Positions 45,347 to 55,821 of a stretch of 64,000 nucleotides of DNA are shown here, one piece after another (positions within the stretch are counted from its first letter, which is position 1; each line of letters begins with the position of its first letter). The DNA comes from Candidatus Omnitrophica bacterium 4484_213. Its GTDB lineage: Bacteria; Omnitrophota; 4484-213. The DNA lies in the NCBI GenBank assembly GCA_002085025.1, contig MZGK01000002.1, positions 15,341 through 79,340 of the forward strand, in the 5' to 3' direction. The translations under genes were made by a program, and so were the position numbers. The notes under the pieces were generated by a model, which saw only the letters and a list, made by a program, of their open reading frames with translations, was not told where the DNA came from and ran no database searches.

Positions 45347-46179
45347 CGTTTTACACTCCTTTTCATTAGCCCAATAGGAGCCTTTTCCCCTGTCCAGAGC
45401 TCAAAAGATAGAGCGGCCTGCTGAATGAGCATCCCCAGACCACTTACTGCTTTTAGCCCCTTTTTTCTTGCTGCCCTTAACAACTTTGTTTCTGCTGGGT
45501 TATAAATAAGATCAAAGACAAGCAATTGCGGAGAGAAATAAACTGGATTAACGAGTAAATTATCGTTGAGATTCATTCCTATCGGCGTGGCGTTAACCAA
45601 GAGGTGCGAGTTTCTAATTGCCTCTTGATTGTGAGTATGAGTTAATTCTACTCTTGTATTCGGAAAATTCCTTTGAATATTCTCGGCTAAAGCCTTTGCT
45701 TTCTTCTTATTTTTCTCAACAACAAAAATTTGCCTTGCCCCATATTTTGCCAGACTGATGCCTACTGCCTTTCCTGCTCCCCCGGTGCCCATAAGAAAAA
45801 CAGTTTTATTCCCGGGGTCAAATCTTAAATCCTCCTTCAATGCTTTGATAAAACCCTCAGCGTCGGTATTGTAGCCAATCAACCTATTTTCTCTGCTGAC
45901 AATTGTATTTACCGCTCCGATGAGTTTGGCAGTCTTTTCTATTTCATCTAAATGAGAGAGGCAAGTTTCTTTATGAGGAATGGTTAGATTTACCCCTTGA
46001 ATATTTAGCACCCTTATTCCTTCTATTGCTTCCTTTATATTCTCGGGTTTAGTCTCAAAACATAGATAACAGGCGTCTATTTTTTTTGCTTCAAAAGCAG
46101 AATTATGAATTAAAGGTGAAAAACTATGTCTCACCGGATAGCCCAATAGCCCGTAGATTTTTGTTTTGGAAGTGAGCAT
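45343..46179 (-). CDS. aroE: Shikimate dehydrogenase
   Basis: HSFSP, NLTIPHK, GAVNT, GYNTD, GTGGAG, NATPIGM. Confidence 0.94.
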   Translation of the reverse strand: MLTSKTKIYGLLGYPVRHSFSPLIHNSAFEAKKIDACYLCFETKPENIKEAIEGIRVLNIQGVNLTIPHKETCLSHLDEIEKTAKLIGAVNTIVSRENRLIGYNTDAEGFIKALKEDLRFDPGNKTVFLMGTGGAGKAVGISLAKYGARQIFVVEKNKKKAKALAENIQRNFPNTRVELTHTHNQEAIRNSHLLVNATPIGMNLNDNLLVNPVYFSPQLLVFDLIYNPAETKLLRAARKKGLKAVSGLGMLIQQAALSFELWTGEKAPIGLMKRSVKR

Positions 46180-46406
46180 ACTTCGCGCTTCACACTGCAA
46201 ACTGTTATCTTATCAAAACCACTTCATCAATCCAACTGATACACCTTCTCTTATTTGCACATGACTGATTTTCTCAGCGTTAGATACCTTGATTATGGCA
46301 TAAGCAGAATATTTCTTTCCCTCAGGTGGAGGTAATACTTTTACTTTAACACCCGTATTTGCAATATCTAAGTAACGATAGGAAGGAAGATACTTTTTCT
46401 TGTTCT

Positions 46407-47921
46407 TTATTCTTTGTTTTTCCGACCTGCAGCCTGTCTATTCACCGCCTCCAGATATGCCTTTGCGCTTGCTTCAATAATATCGGTGCTTGCTCCGCGG
46501 GCGGTAATTATCTCATCTTTAAATCGAACCTTGATGCTAACCTCTCCGAGGGCATCCTTCCCCGAAGTAATTGCCTGCAAAGAATAATCCAGTAGTTTCC
46601 CCTTTAGCCCCGTAATTCTTTCAATTGCCTTATAACAAGCATCAATAGGGCCATCGCCACAGGCAGAGTCTTCTAATATTTCCTCACCCCTTTTCAGTCT
46701 TATCGTCGCTGTAGGCACAGTTTTATTCCCGCTACTGATATGGATGTATTCTAATTGCCAGATTTGGGGAATCCTCTTTTTGACTTCATCTAAAATTATC
46801 TCTAAATCCTCATCGAAAACCTCTTTCTTTTTATCAGCAATTTGCTTAAAATGAATAAAGAATTTGGCAAATTCCTTTTTTGTCAGATGATAACCCATCC
46901 TTTTTAGATGCTCCTCTAATGCGTGACTACCTGAATGCTTACCCAAAACCAATCGACTTTCTTTTACCCCTACATCTTTGGGGTTAATTATCTCATAAGT
47001 TGTTCTCTTCTTCAGAATTCCATCCTGATGAATTCCGGCTTCGTGGGCAAAGGCATTGCTTCCGACAATAGCCTTATTGGGTTGAACCGGAATGCCCGTA
47101 AGATGGCTGACTAAACGACTAACCTTAAACAGCTCCTCGGTTTTTATATTCATCTCCCTTCGGAAAATCTCCGGATGCAGTTTTATATTCATCGCCACTT
47201 CTTCCAGAGAGGCATTGCCAGCACGTTCGCCAATGCCATTGACCGTGCACTCAACCTGGTTAGCCCCCTCTTCCACGGCAGTTAAGGAGTTAGCCACAGC
47301 CAGTCCTAAATCGTTATGGCAATGCACACTCAAGTTAACATCCTTAAAAGAAATTTGTTGTCTTAGGTCTTTGATTAGTTTAGTAAATTGGGATGGGAAA
47401 ATACAGCCCACCGTGTCCGGGATATTGATGGTAGTCGCTCCGGCCGCAATCGCCGCCTGAACTACTTCCACCAAAAAATTAAAATCGGTGCGCGTAGCGT
47501 CCTCGGGAGAAAACTCAATGTCGTCGATAAACCGCCTGGCATATCTTATACTCTCCACAGTCAACCTTAGAATCTCCTCCTTTGCCTTTTTTAATTTGTA
47601 TTTTAGATGAATCTCAGAGGTAGCGCAAAAGATATGAAGGCGTGGTTTATTTGTCTTATCCAAGGCTTTTAGGCAACAATCAATATCCTTCCTGAGGGTG
47701 CGCGCTAATCCGGCAATTATTGGCTTCTTTACCTTTTTGCAGATCTCTCTAATTGCCTCTATCTCGCCCGGTGAAGAAGCCGGATAACCAGCCTCAATTA
47801 TATCCACATTAAGACGAGCAAGCTGTTCGGCAATGCTCAACTTCTGCTCGGGAGTCAAACTTGCTCCTGGTGACTGCTCGCCATCTCTAAGAGTTGTATC
47901 AAATATCAGTATTTTGTCCAT
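46407..47921 (-). CDS. leuA: 2-isopropylmalate synthase
   Basis: DTTLRDGEQ, HCHNDLG, GERAGN, HEAGIHQDG, regulatory domain GDGPIDA. Confidence 0.95.
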   Translation of the reverse strand: MDKILIFDTTLRDGEQSPGASLTPEQKLSIAEQLARLNVDIIEAGYPASSPGEIEAIREICKKVKKPIIAGLARTLRKDIDCCLKALDKTNKPRLHIFCATSEIHLKYKLKKAKEEILRLTVESIRYARRFIDDIEFSPEDATRTDFNFLVEVVQAAIAAGATTINIPDTVGCIFPSQFTKLIKDLRQQISFKDVNLSVHCHNDLGLAVANSLTAVEEGANQVECTVNGIGERAGNASLEEVAMNIKLHPEIFRREMNIKTEELFKVSRLVSHLTGIPVQPNKAIVGSNAFAHEAGIHQDGILKKRTTYEIINPKDVGVKESRLVLGKHSGSHALEEHLKRMGYHLTKKEFAKFFIHFKQIADKKKEVFDEDLEIILDEVKKRIPQIWQLEYIHISSGNKTVPTATIRLKRGEEILEDSACGDGPIDACYKAIERITGLKGKLLDYSLQAITSGKDALGEVSIKVRFKDEIITARGASTDIIEASAKAYLEAVNRQAAGRKNKE

Positions 47922-48081
47922 TTCTTACCCCTTTATCAAAACTTTCAAAACCTCCCTTGTGTTACAAGAAATTTTTAATAGGGTTTAGTTCATTTAAAAA
48001 AATAGTATAACACCTTTCCTGCCCACTGTCAATGCACCCTGTCAATAATGCAACATTTAAGGTAAGACCTCTTTTGTTGCA

Positions 48082-48903
48082 TTAGACACTAAACCGAAAG
48101 TCAATTATATCTCCGTCCTCAACAGGATAATCCTTTCCTTTGAGTAAGGCAAGCCCGGCCTTCTCAACTGCCTGTTTACTGCCCAATCTGAACAAATCAG
48201 CGCATTTGATTACCTGGGCCCGGATGAAGCCTCGTTCTATGTCAGAATGCACCTTGCCGGCAGCTTGGGGGGCTAATGTCCCACGGCGGACGCTCCAGGC
48301 GCGCACTTCATCCTTTCCGATGGTAAAAAAGGATATGAGACCCAAGAGCTGATAAGCCACTCGGGTGAGTTTGTGGGTAGCTGGTTCACCGATACCTAAT
48401 TCTTTTAAAAACTCTTCCTGCTCCTTTTTTGATTCTAATTGAAAAAGCTCTTGCTCAATCTTTGCCGAAATCTGCACTGCCCCCACATTTCCATCGCTTT
48501 CTATCTTTCTTAGCAAATTTGGATTGTCCAGTTTATCTTCATTCACATTCAGAACAATGAGTTTCCTCTTGAGTGTCAACAAGGGATAATTATTAACGAT
48601 TTTTTGCTCATTTTCATTCAAATTCAAGGTGAATAAGAATCTTTCTTGCTCTAATGTGGCTTTAAAATTAAGTAGAAGTTCTCTTTCCTTCTCCTGAATT
48701 CCTCTTTTTTCTTTTTTCTTTTCTTTATCTAACCTCTCCAGACGGAGTTCCACAAAAGCAAGGTCCTTTAAGAGCAATTCGCTATCAATCTTTTTAATAT
48801 CGCGCAGAGGGTCTATACTCCCATCAATATGAAAGATAGTTTCATCTTTAAAAGCACGGATAACATAACAGATTGCATCTACTTCCTCTAATGATTTAAA
48901 CAA
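48082..48903 (-). pseudogene. ychF: YchF/OLA1 ATPase lacking its N-terminal P-loop region
   Basis: DAICYVIRAF, FFTIGKDEVRAW, AAGKVHSDIERGFIRA, GKDYPVEDGD; no GxxxxGKS. Confidence 0.85.
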
Positions 48904-48914
48904 CCATCAATAAT

Positions 48915-49052
48915 GCCACAATTTAGGCGACTGATAAGGAGACTAAATTGTATGGCAGAATTGACCCAGCACTAATTTTCTGCTGTGCCCTAAACCATTT
49001 TTTAGGGCTGTGGATTAAGCATCTCTAAAAAATTAGTGCTGGGTAAACTTGA
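48915..49052. repeat. Partial family D element at the ychF break
   Basis: gaattgacccagcactaatttt/aaaattagtgctgggtaa. Confidence 0.8.
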
Positions 49053-49060
49053 ATATAATA

Positions 49061-50005
49061 CTAACTCACTTTTGTTCTCCCCAAGATTGTGTTCTTGCTT
49101 ATCCTATGGCCGATAATAAATTCCTTACTGCTCATCCTTCTTCTTCCCTCTATTTGCAGTTCCTCTATCCAGAGGCCATTCCTTCCGGTAGAAACCAAAA
49201 TTCCTTTATCTTTATCAATCTTTAATATTTCTCCAAAGAAAGAAGAGGAAGATCTTTTAGGAGCTACCCTTGTCTTCCAGAGTTTTATCCTTCCCCCCCT
49301 CCAGAAGGTAAACGCTCCTGGTTCGGGGGTAAACCCACGAATTAGATTATAGATCTGAGAGGCCGGTTTTGACCAATCAATTTCCCCATCGCTCTTATTT
49401 AATTTGGGAAAATAAGTGGCTTCTTTCTCATTCTGGGCAGCGAGCACTACCTTTTTATGTCTGATTAATTCTATTGTTTTAAGCAAAGCCAGCGCTCCTT
49501 CTTCTGCTAGACGCCGACCTAACTGGCCAGCGTTCTCTTCCTCCTTTATCTCTATCTCTTTCTGATAAATTATCTCCCCGGCGTCTATCCTCTCGCTAAT
49601 CTTAATTACTGAAATCCCCGTTTTTTTTTCTCCGTTGATTAAAACCCAGTTAATCGGGGCCGGGCCGCGATATCTGGGCAGTAGAGAAGGATGGAGATTT
49701 ATAGAGTAAATTTTGGGGATGCTCAGAATTTCTTTAGTTAACTTTCGGCCGTAATTTACTACTATAAATAATTCCGGTTCATCTTTCTTTAAGGTATCTA
49801 TAAAATCCGACAAGAGATTCTCGGGTTGATAGATGGAGAACCTTTGCCGTTGAGAAAATTCCTTTATCGGGTCAATACCTATTTTCAGTCCCCTTCCCTT
49901 TCTTTTATCTGGTGAAGCCACCACTCCTAAAATCTGGTATCTGGGAACAAGTTTTTTGAGAGAAACTAAAGCAAATTCTCCATTTCCCCAAAATATTATC
50001 TTCAT
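49061..50005 (-). CDS. fmt: Methionyl-tRNA formyltransferase
   Basis: PDKRKGRG, NLHPSLLPRYRGPAPI, DAGEI; start moved to ATG 50005. Confidence 0.94.
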   Translation of the reverse strand: MKIIFWGNGEFALVSLKKLVPRYQILGVVASPDKRKGRGLKIGIDPIKEFSQRQRFSIYQPENLLSDFIDTLKKDEPELFIVVNYGRKLTKEILSIPKIYSINLHPSLLPRYRGPAPINWVLINGEKKTGISVIKISERIDAGEIIYQKEIEIKEEENAGQLGRRLAEEGALALLKTIELIRHKKVVLAAQNEKEATYFPKLNKSDGEIDWSKPASQIYNLIRGFTPEPGAFTFWRGGRIKLWKTRVAPKRSSSSFFGEILKIDKDKGILVSTGRNGLWIEELQIEGRRRMSSKEFIIGHRISKNTILGRTKVS

Positions 50006-50089
50006 TTTATCACTGATTACACTGATTATCAGTGACATCAGTGTTTAATATCAGTGTAGTCAGTGTTTGATCAGTGCCATTAGTGTTAT

Positions 50090-51709
50090 TCAGAAGAAAA
50101 ACAAAGGGTCAACATCTACTATTATCCTTTTATCTACTCTCTTTCGCTGAAACTCGGCTAATACTTTTCTCAGAGATTGATTTGTTTTGAGGACATTTTC
50201 TGTCCTCAAGGTAATATACCAGGAATTTAAAAAATTGGCCGGTCCTAAAATCCTCTCTTTGCCAAATTCCCTTCTTAAATCCTCTGATAACTCCGTTATT
50301 CTTTTCTTTAATCTCTGTTCGTCTTTGTCCTTTAAAATTATATTAATAAAATGTACAAAAGGAGGATACTTTAACTGGCGGCGATAGGTTATTTCCTGTG
50401 TGTAAAAATCCTCGTAATCTTCGCTGATAGCCGCAGTGATGCTGAAGTGAGCAGGGTTATAGGTTTGAATAATGAGTTCTGCTTTTGCCTGCTGGGCTTC
50501 CCTGGCTATCTGAAAAAGGAGCTCGAAGGTACGCTCACTTGCCAGGAAATTAGGAGAATTAAGGACACTATCGGCGGAGAGAACTCCTATTAAGCCCACC
50601 TGGAAAAAACTCTCGCCCTGCACTTTCCTCTGTCTGCCTAATTTCTCATAGATAATAACTCTTTTCTTCTTGGCCAGACATTCATCTATCTTTGCTTTTA
50701 AAAAAGGAGAAAGAGAAAGCCTCTCTTTGTTTCTATCTATTATCCTTATATTGGGAGAGATGTTATTGCCTCTTGTCTTTAACTTTAAAAGTTGATATCT
50801 CCCCGAAATGGTTTTATGATAGGATTCCAGGCAAGGGATAACGCTGCCTAAGACTACTATTGCTTTTTCTATCTTCGCTCTCTTGATTGCCACATTGCGG
50901 GCATTATAGCGAGGGATATTCTCCTCTTTGTAAGAATTGTCCTGCTCTTCGTCGACAATAATCAGCCCCAAGTTTTTCAAAGGCGAAAAGACCGCTGACC
51001 TCGTGCCAATGACAATCCGGGCATCTCCCTTCTTTATCCTCTGCCACTCTTGAAATTGCTGGCGAGAAGAAAGTTGAGAGTGGTACTCAGCAATTATCTC
51101 TCCAAAATGAGAAATAAATCTTGCAATTATCTGAGAAGCTAAAGAAATCTCAGGCACTAATATAATTACCCCTTTATTTTGGCTGAGAATGCTTTCAATT
51201 ATGTGCAGATAAATCTTTATTCTTTCCTCGCTTTGTCCATACACCAGAAAAGTCCGTGGCTGGTTCTCCTTCATTGCCCTGATAATCTTATCTGCGCCTA
51301 AAGGCGCCTCAGGTTTCAAATCTAAATTTTCTTTCTCCTCCACCCACCTGTAGCGCGGAGGTGCAAGCGAGGTCGCTCTTGTCTTTTGCACTCCCCTTCG
51401 CAAGGCCGGGGGGAGAGTTATCGCCAATGCCTCCCCCCAGGAGCAAAAGTAGTATTCCGAAAGCCATTTAACCAAAGATAACAAAGAAGAGGTGATAATC
51501 GGCTGGCTATCGATTACCTTTTTAATCTCTTTAACCTTCTTTAACTTCGATTCCTTGACTAATCCAACTATATAACCAACTGTCTTTTTGTTCCTAAATT
51601 CTACCCAGACCCTTTTGCCGATTTCAGCTTCTTCTCTTAGATGGTCGGGAACGGCGTAATCAAAAACTTTATCCACCGGAAGGTTTAAAACAATTTGGGC
51701 ATAGTTCAT
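50090..51709 (-). CDS. priA: Primosomal protein N', degenerate helicase
   Basis: FDYAVP, LVPEISL, GTRSAVF, IIVDEEQDNSYK, IQTYNP, YPPF, VDVDP; Walker A and Zn region lost. Confidence 0.85.
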   Translation of the reverse strand: MNYAQIVLNLPVDKVFDYAVPDHLREEAEIGKRVWVEFRNKKTVGYIVGLVKESKLKKVKEIKKVIDSQPIITSSLLSLVKWLSEYYFCSWGEALAITLPPALRRGVQKTRATSLAPPRYRWVEEKENLDLKPEAPLGADKIIRAMKENQPRTFLVYGQSEERIKIYLHIIESILSQNKGVIILVPEISLASQIIARFISHFGEIIAEYHSQLSSRQQFQEWQRIKKGDARIVIGTRSAVFSPLKNLGLIIVDEEQDNSYKEENIPRYNARNVAIKRAKIEKAIVVLGSVIPCLESYHKTISGRYQLLKLKTRGNNISPNIRIIDRNKERLSLSPFLKAKIDECLAKKKRVIIYEKLGRQRKVQGESFFQVGLIGVLSADSVLNSPNFLASERTFELLFQIAREAQQAKAELIIQTYNPAHFSITAAISEDYEDFYTQEITYRRQLKYPPFVHFINIILKDKDEQRLKKRITELSEDLRREFGKERILGPANFLNSWYITLRTENVLKTNQSLRKVLAEFQRKRVDKRIIVDVDPLFFF

Positions 51710-51740
51710 AACCAGGCTGTCGACTTTTCTAAAAGTAGCG

Positions 51741-51959
51741 AGTACCAAGAAAAGTTTAAAATGTCTAATTGCTCTAATTAAATAATAAATCACCAATAAT
51801 CAAGATATACCCTAGCGGGCACAGGCAAGATACAGACAAATTCCAATAACCAAACCAAAACAATAACTCTGTTTGGTCATTGGAATTTGGTGGTTGGTTA
51901 TTGTTTGGCTATTGTATCTTGGTGTTTGGTTATTATCTGTTTAGGTCAATTAGACATTA
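51741..51959. repeat. Family E element, full nested form
   Basis: Outer atgtctaattg/caattagacat enclosing the inner element seen at 33475. Confidence 0.9.
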
Positions 51960-52025
51960 CCTGTTAAATAATTTCGCTGAAGGTGAAATTCCGCCGCCTA
52001 AGGCGAGGGAATTAACAGGGCAAAT
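51956..52025. repeat. Family B element truncating the UDG
   Basis: cctgttaa...ttaacagggcaaat. Confidence 0.85.
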
Positions 52026-52838
52026 CCCTTCATAATCATAAAATCTTCCTCTTAATTGTGAGATGGGAGAAACCACACCAAGCAGGGTTTGAGCGGCAAA
52101 TTTCCCCAATGCGCAAATTATCCGCGGACGGATTATCCTTATTTGCTCTTTTAAATAAGGAAAGCAATTTTTAATCTCCTGAGGTAGAGGATTGCGGTTT
52201 CCCGGCGGTCGGCACTTTAGAATATTGGTAATATAGACATCTTCTCTCTTTAGACCTATGGACTGGATGATTCGGGTAAGGAGTTGTCCGGCTTTACCCA
52301 CGAATGGTTTTCCTTGCCTATCTTCCTCCTCCCCGGGCGCCTCTCCGACAAATAATAGAGAGGCCTCGTTATTTCCCTCGCCAAATACATAATGTGTTCT
52401 AGTTCTGGCAAGTGGGCACTTTGTACATTGGTGAACTATTTGAGAAAGAAGCTCGAGCTCTTGAGAAGAAGAAATAGAAGGATCAACTTCTTTCCCCTGA
52501 GTGGCTTTCAAAAACAAACCAATCTTGGGTTTGCGGCAGTCGCAACCATCTTCTTCGCGATGCGGGCAGTAATAGACCTCCATCTTTCCCCCTTCTCTTT
52601 TTACCTCTTCAATCATTCGTCGGGTAATCTCGTTTAGGGACTCCTGACTATAAATTCCCTTAGCTATTCCCGATTGATTAGAGATAACCTTAATTTCGTA
52701 CCCCTCTTCAGTCAATCTGCGGATTGCTTTTAAAGCATTGGGCAGAAAATGAAATTCCTCCCATCGAGTAACAAATTTTCTCTCGCCGGGATATCTATTA
52801 ATCACTCCATCGCGGTCTAAAAAGAGTATTTTTTGCAT
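51957..52838 (-). pseudogene. Chimera of truncated GmhB-like HAD phosphatase and truncated family-4 uracil-DNA glycosylase
   Basis: FLDRDGVIN, CPH..CDCRKP, then CTKCPL, VGEAPG, PFVGKAG, KCRPPGNR; no HPA motif, ends in a family B element. Confidence 0.8.
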
Positions 52839-52886
52839 ATTAGGTCCTTCGCTCAGGATCACCCAGCACTTTCAGAAAGTGCTGGG

Positions 52887-52962
52887 TGGTGCCCCTAACC
52901 TGATTTGAACAGGTACTTCTGGCTCCGGAGGCCAGCGCTCTATCCAATTAGGCTATAGGGGC
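52887..52962 (-). tRNA. tRNA-Arg(CCG)
   Basis: GCCCCTA...TAGGGGC-A-CCA, anticodon arm CTGGC-CTCCGGA-GCCAG, T loop TTCAAAT. Confidence 0.92.
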
Positions 52963-52966
52963 AAAC

Positions 52967-53048
52967 AAACTTCAAGCTACAGGCTTCAGGCTTTAAGTTT
53001 TTTGTTTTTAACTTGCAGCTTGCGGCTTGTAGCTTCAAGCTTGTAGCA
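52967..53048. repeat. 7-nt-period inverted array upstream of tRNA-Arg
   Basis: caagctacaggcttcaggct...gcttgcggcttgtagcttcaagcttgtagc. Confidence 0.75.
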
Positions 53049-53161
53049 TTTATATTATCTCAATTAGAGAAAAAAGTCAAACAGAAACAAAAAAGGACAG
53101 ATTATCTGCCCTTTTATAATACCAAACTCAATGCAAAATCTGGGTAACCCCTTCGAAATTG

Positions 53162-53256
53162 GTTTGCCCCGTTAGACAACTTTATTGAGAATAACATTAC
53201 CCCAGCAAGGTGTCAATGTATCTATTTTAGAATAGAAGTTATCTAATAGGGAGAAT
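53162..53256. repeat. Family B element
   Basis: gtttgccccgttagacaac...gttatctaatagggagaat. Confidence 0.7.
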
Positions 53257-53258
53257 CA

Positions 53259-53738
53259 TCAACTATCCGATTGAAAATCCGATACCTTAAAGAACAACCA
53301 ATTCTTATCCTCGCTTAATTTGGGCCTTAATTTTAGCAAACAATAATTGCCTCTCAATCTATCTCCCTTTAATTCAAAGATTATTTTTTGAGGACCCCAC
53401 TCCTGCAAAGCATAACTCCCTTTATCCCAAATCTTCACTTTGCCGGCACCGTATAATCCATGAGGAATTTCTCCGGCAAAATCTGCGTAATCTAATGGAT
53501 GGTCTTCTACCTGGATTGCCAGACGTTTAATATTAAACTCTGTGGGCGGCTGCTTAGGAATAGCCCAGCTCTTCAGAACTCCATCTTTTTCCAAACGAAA
53601 GTCATAATGCAAGTGAGTTGCCTCGTGTCTTTGGATAACAAATATTGGTTCTTTTCCTCGTTTGAATTTTCTGGTTGCTTGTGGCTCAGGGGATTTGCTA
53701 AAATCGCGTTTTTTAAAATACTCGGTTAACTTTTCCAT
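53259..53738 (-). CDS. Stand-alone LigD 3'-phosphoesterase module
   Basis: KRDFSKSPEP, FVIQRHEATHLHYDFRLE, SWAIPK, VEDHPLDY, YGAG..WDKG. Confidence 0.92.
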   Translation of the reverse strand: MEKLTEYFKKRDFSKSPEPQATRKFKRGKEPIFVIQRHEATHLHYDFRLEKDGVLKSWAIPKQPPTEFNIKRLAIQVEDHPLDYADFAGEIPHGLYGAGKVKIWDKGSYALQEWGPQKIIFELKGDRLRGNYCLLKLRPKLSEDKNWLFFKVSDFQSDS

Positions 53739-54318
53739 CGGAGAGAATTTCGTTCAGGGCATCTATCCCCTTTTTCTCAAGGTCCTGAACAAACCTCTGA
53801 AAAATCCTCTGCGTTGTTCGCACATCGCCCATTGCCCGATGTTCTTGTTCATAGTCAATCTCAATACCTAAAGAGCGAGCAATGCTTCCCAGATTATTAC
53901 TCCAGAAGTCAAAATAGCGGCGAGCAAGGGACAGCGTATCTACTATCGGGCAGGAAGGAAGGGGTAGATTAAGGACATTAAGTTCAGCCTTCAGAAAACC
54001 CATATCAAAGAAAGCATTATGACAAACAATAACTGTTCCTTCTAACCTCTTTAATATATCCTTGGCAACCTCGCTGAATCTGGGTTTGCCCCTTAGCATC
54101 TGGGGGGTTATTCTGTTTACGGCATAAGCCCCTTCTGAGATCGGACGTCCGGGGTCAATAAGGGTATGAAAAGAAGAAACATCCTTACCATTACGGCTTT
54201 TTAGAATAGCAACTTCACAAATTTTGTCTCCATTATAATGTTCCAGCCCGGTCGTCTCCACATCAAAAAAAGCAAAAGTAACATCCTTCATCATTTGTTT
54301 TTTTTTTCTACTCTTCAT
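53713..54318 (-). CDS. DEDDh 3'-5' exonuclease (DnaQ-like)
   Basis: FDVETTG, HNAFFD, DTL, HRAMGD. Confidence 0.88.
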   Translation of the reverse strand: MKSRKKKQMMKDVTFAFFDVETTGLEHYNGDKICEVAILKSRNGKDVSSFHTLIDPGRPISEGAYAVNRITPQMLRGKPRFSEVAKDILKRLEGTVIVCHNAFFDMGFLKAELNVLNLPLPSCPIVDTLSLARRYFDFWSNNLGSIARSLGIEIDYEQEHRAMGDVRTTQRIFQRFVQDLEKKGIDALNEILSDGKVNRVF

Positions 54319-54651
54319 CCCGGGGGCCAGCTTAGCTTTCTTCCCCCTAATAGATGAAGGTGAATATGAAAAACCGCTTGCATCCTTGTTGTTGTTTAAC
54401 ACCAAACGATAGCCACTCTCGGCTATTCCTTTTTCTTCGGCGAGTTTTTTAGCAGTAAAGATGAGTTCGGAGATGATATCTTTATGCGATTCTTCTAAAT
54501 CGGAAATTCGAGAAATGTGTTTTTTAGGAATGATAAGGATATGCACCGGCGCTTGGGGATTAATGTCCTTAAAAGCCAAAACCTTCTCGTTTTCATAGAG
54601 AATATCAGCAGGAATCTGCTTTGCTATTATTCTGCAGAAAAGGCAATTCAT
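54315..54651 (-). pseudogene. HIT-family (HinT-like) protein, frameshifted before the triad
   Basis: CLFCRII, FKDINPQAPVH; QAVFHIHLHLLGGRKLSWPPG* lies in a shifted frame. Confidence 0.88.
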
Positions 54652-54661
54652 TGCTTCCTCC

Positions 54662-55435
54662 TCATAATCTTACCTCCATATCATCTTGGCCGGAGAATGT
54701 ATTGGGAAATATTTTTTTCGCCTCTCTTTCGGCTCTTTTTCTATCGGCTAAAGTCGGATAAAAATGGGGATTAAAATGAATAAGGGCTAATTCTTTGGCA
54801 GAAGCCTTTTGGGCTATCTGGGCAGCTGTTTGCGGATTTAGATGCGGCCAATCCTCTTTAGTCTCACCTACTTTTAAAGAACATTCGCAGAGCAGTAAAT
54901 CGGCATCCTCGGCTAATCTTAGAGCGTTATCGCAGATTCCCGTATCCAAGCAATAGGCGATAATTTTATTATCTATCTCCAGGCGATACCCAAAACAGGG
55001 TACAGAATGAAGAAGCGCCCACCCTTCAACAAAAAAGGGTAAATCTTCCTTGTCCTCTCCCAGTCTGGTAGAGCGCCCCTCTTTAACTTCAAAGAGTTTT
55101 ACCGAATAAGGCAATTCATCCAAAGCCACTGTATAAGGAAAAGAGATAATCTTATTTAAAATTTCCTTTATCCCTTTATAGCCGTAGATTCTAAGCCCCT
55201 GGGGAAATTTGAATTTATTTAAACTGTGCAGACCAGTAATATGGTCTAAATGAAAATGACTCAGAAAAAGATAGATGGGCTTCTGAGTCTTGATAAATCT
55301 ATCAATTTTATAAAGACCATCCCCCGCGTCAAGAATAATATAGCAATCCTTGCTTTCTATAAGGATGCAGGTTGTATTCCCTATGCTTGTATTGAACCAA
55401 CCGTTTGTTCCCAAAAAAATAATTCTTAGCTTCAC
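54662..55435 (-). CDS. MBL-fold hydrolase, RNase Z-like
   Basis: FLGTNG, LDAG, SHFHLDH, DTG, HL..AA. Confidence 0.82.
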   Translation of the reverse strand: MKLRIIFLGTNGWFNTSIGNTTCILIESKDCYIILDAGDGLYKIDRFIKTQKPIYLFLSHFHLDHITGLHSLNKFKFPQGLRIYGYKGIKEILNKIISFPYTVALDELPYSVKLFEVKEGRSTRLGEDKEDLPFFVEGWALLHSVPCFGYRLEIDNKIIAYCLDTGICDNALRLAEDADLLLCECSLKVGETKEDWPHLNPQTAAQIAQKASAKELALIHFNPHFYPTLADRKRAEREAKKIFPNTFSGQDDMEVRL

Positions 55436-55686
55436 TCTGTTACTTTATAGACCTTATCGTGCTCATGCACTCTTTGGTTAACCTTGATTCCCACCTGGTC
55501 CCCGGGCTTCCCTTCCTGCACCTCTTGATGCTCAATCTGGAGAGAGTCTACTCTCTGGCTGAAATCGCTGGTATGTCCTTTGATATGGATGGTATCGCCA
55601 AGTTTTAGGACATCGGTCAAAGCAATTATCCCTACACCAATCTTGCCAAAATAATGAGTAATCGTACCGATTTCTTTTTCTTCCAT
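55432..55686 (-). CDS. Small translation-factor-like beta-barrel protein
   Basis: IGTITHYFGKIGV..LKLGDTIHIKG..GDQVGIKV. Confidence 0.75.
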   Translation of the reverse strand: MEEKEIGTITHYFGKIGVGIIALTDVLKLGDTIHIKGHTSDFSQRVDSLQIEHQEVQEGKPGDQVGIKVNQRVHEHDKVYKVTE

Positions 55687-55821
55687 TTTTAATAAGCACG
55701 CAACTTACGGCACGCCTACCTAACGGCAGGAAGTGCTCGTAAATCACTGTGCGCATTCCGTCATCGCCAAGGATCTGGCGGAGAGAAAAGCAGGCACTCA
55801 TCTAAATTATGGTTTCATTTA
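55687..55821. repeat. Family D element
   Basis: cat-ttttaataagcacgc..ctgtgcgcatt..gtttcattta. Confidence 0.85.

Noticed and set aside
53713-54651. Novel HIT-DEDDh fusion protein (312 aa)
   Set aside because: It results from a frameshift; the HIT triad and native stop are in another frame, overlapping the exonuclease ATG.
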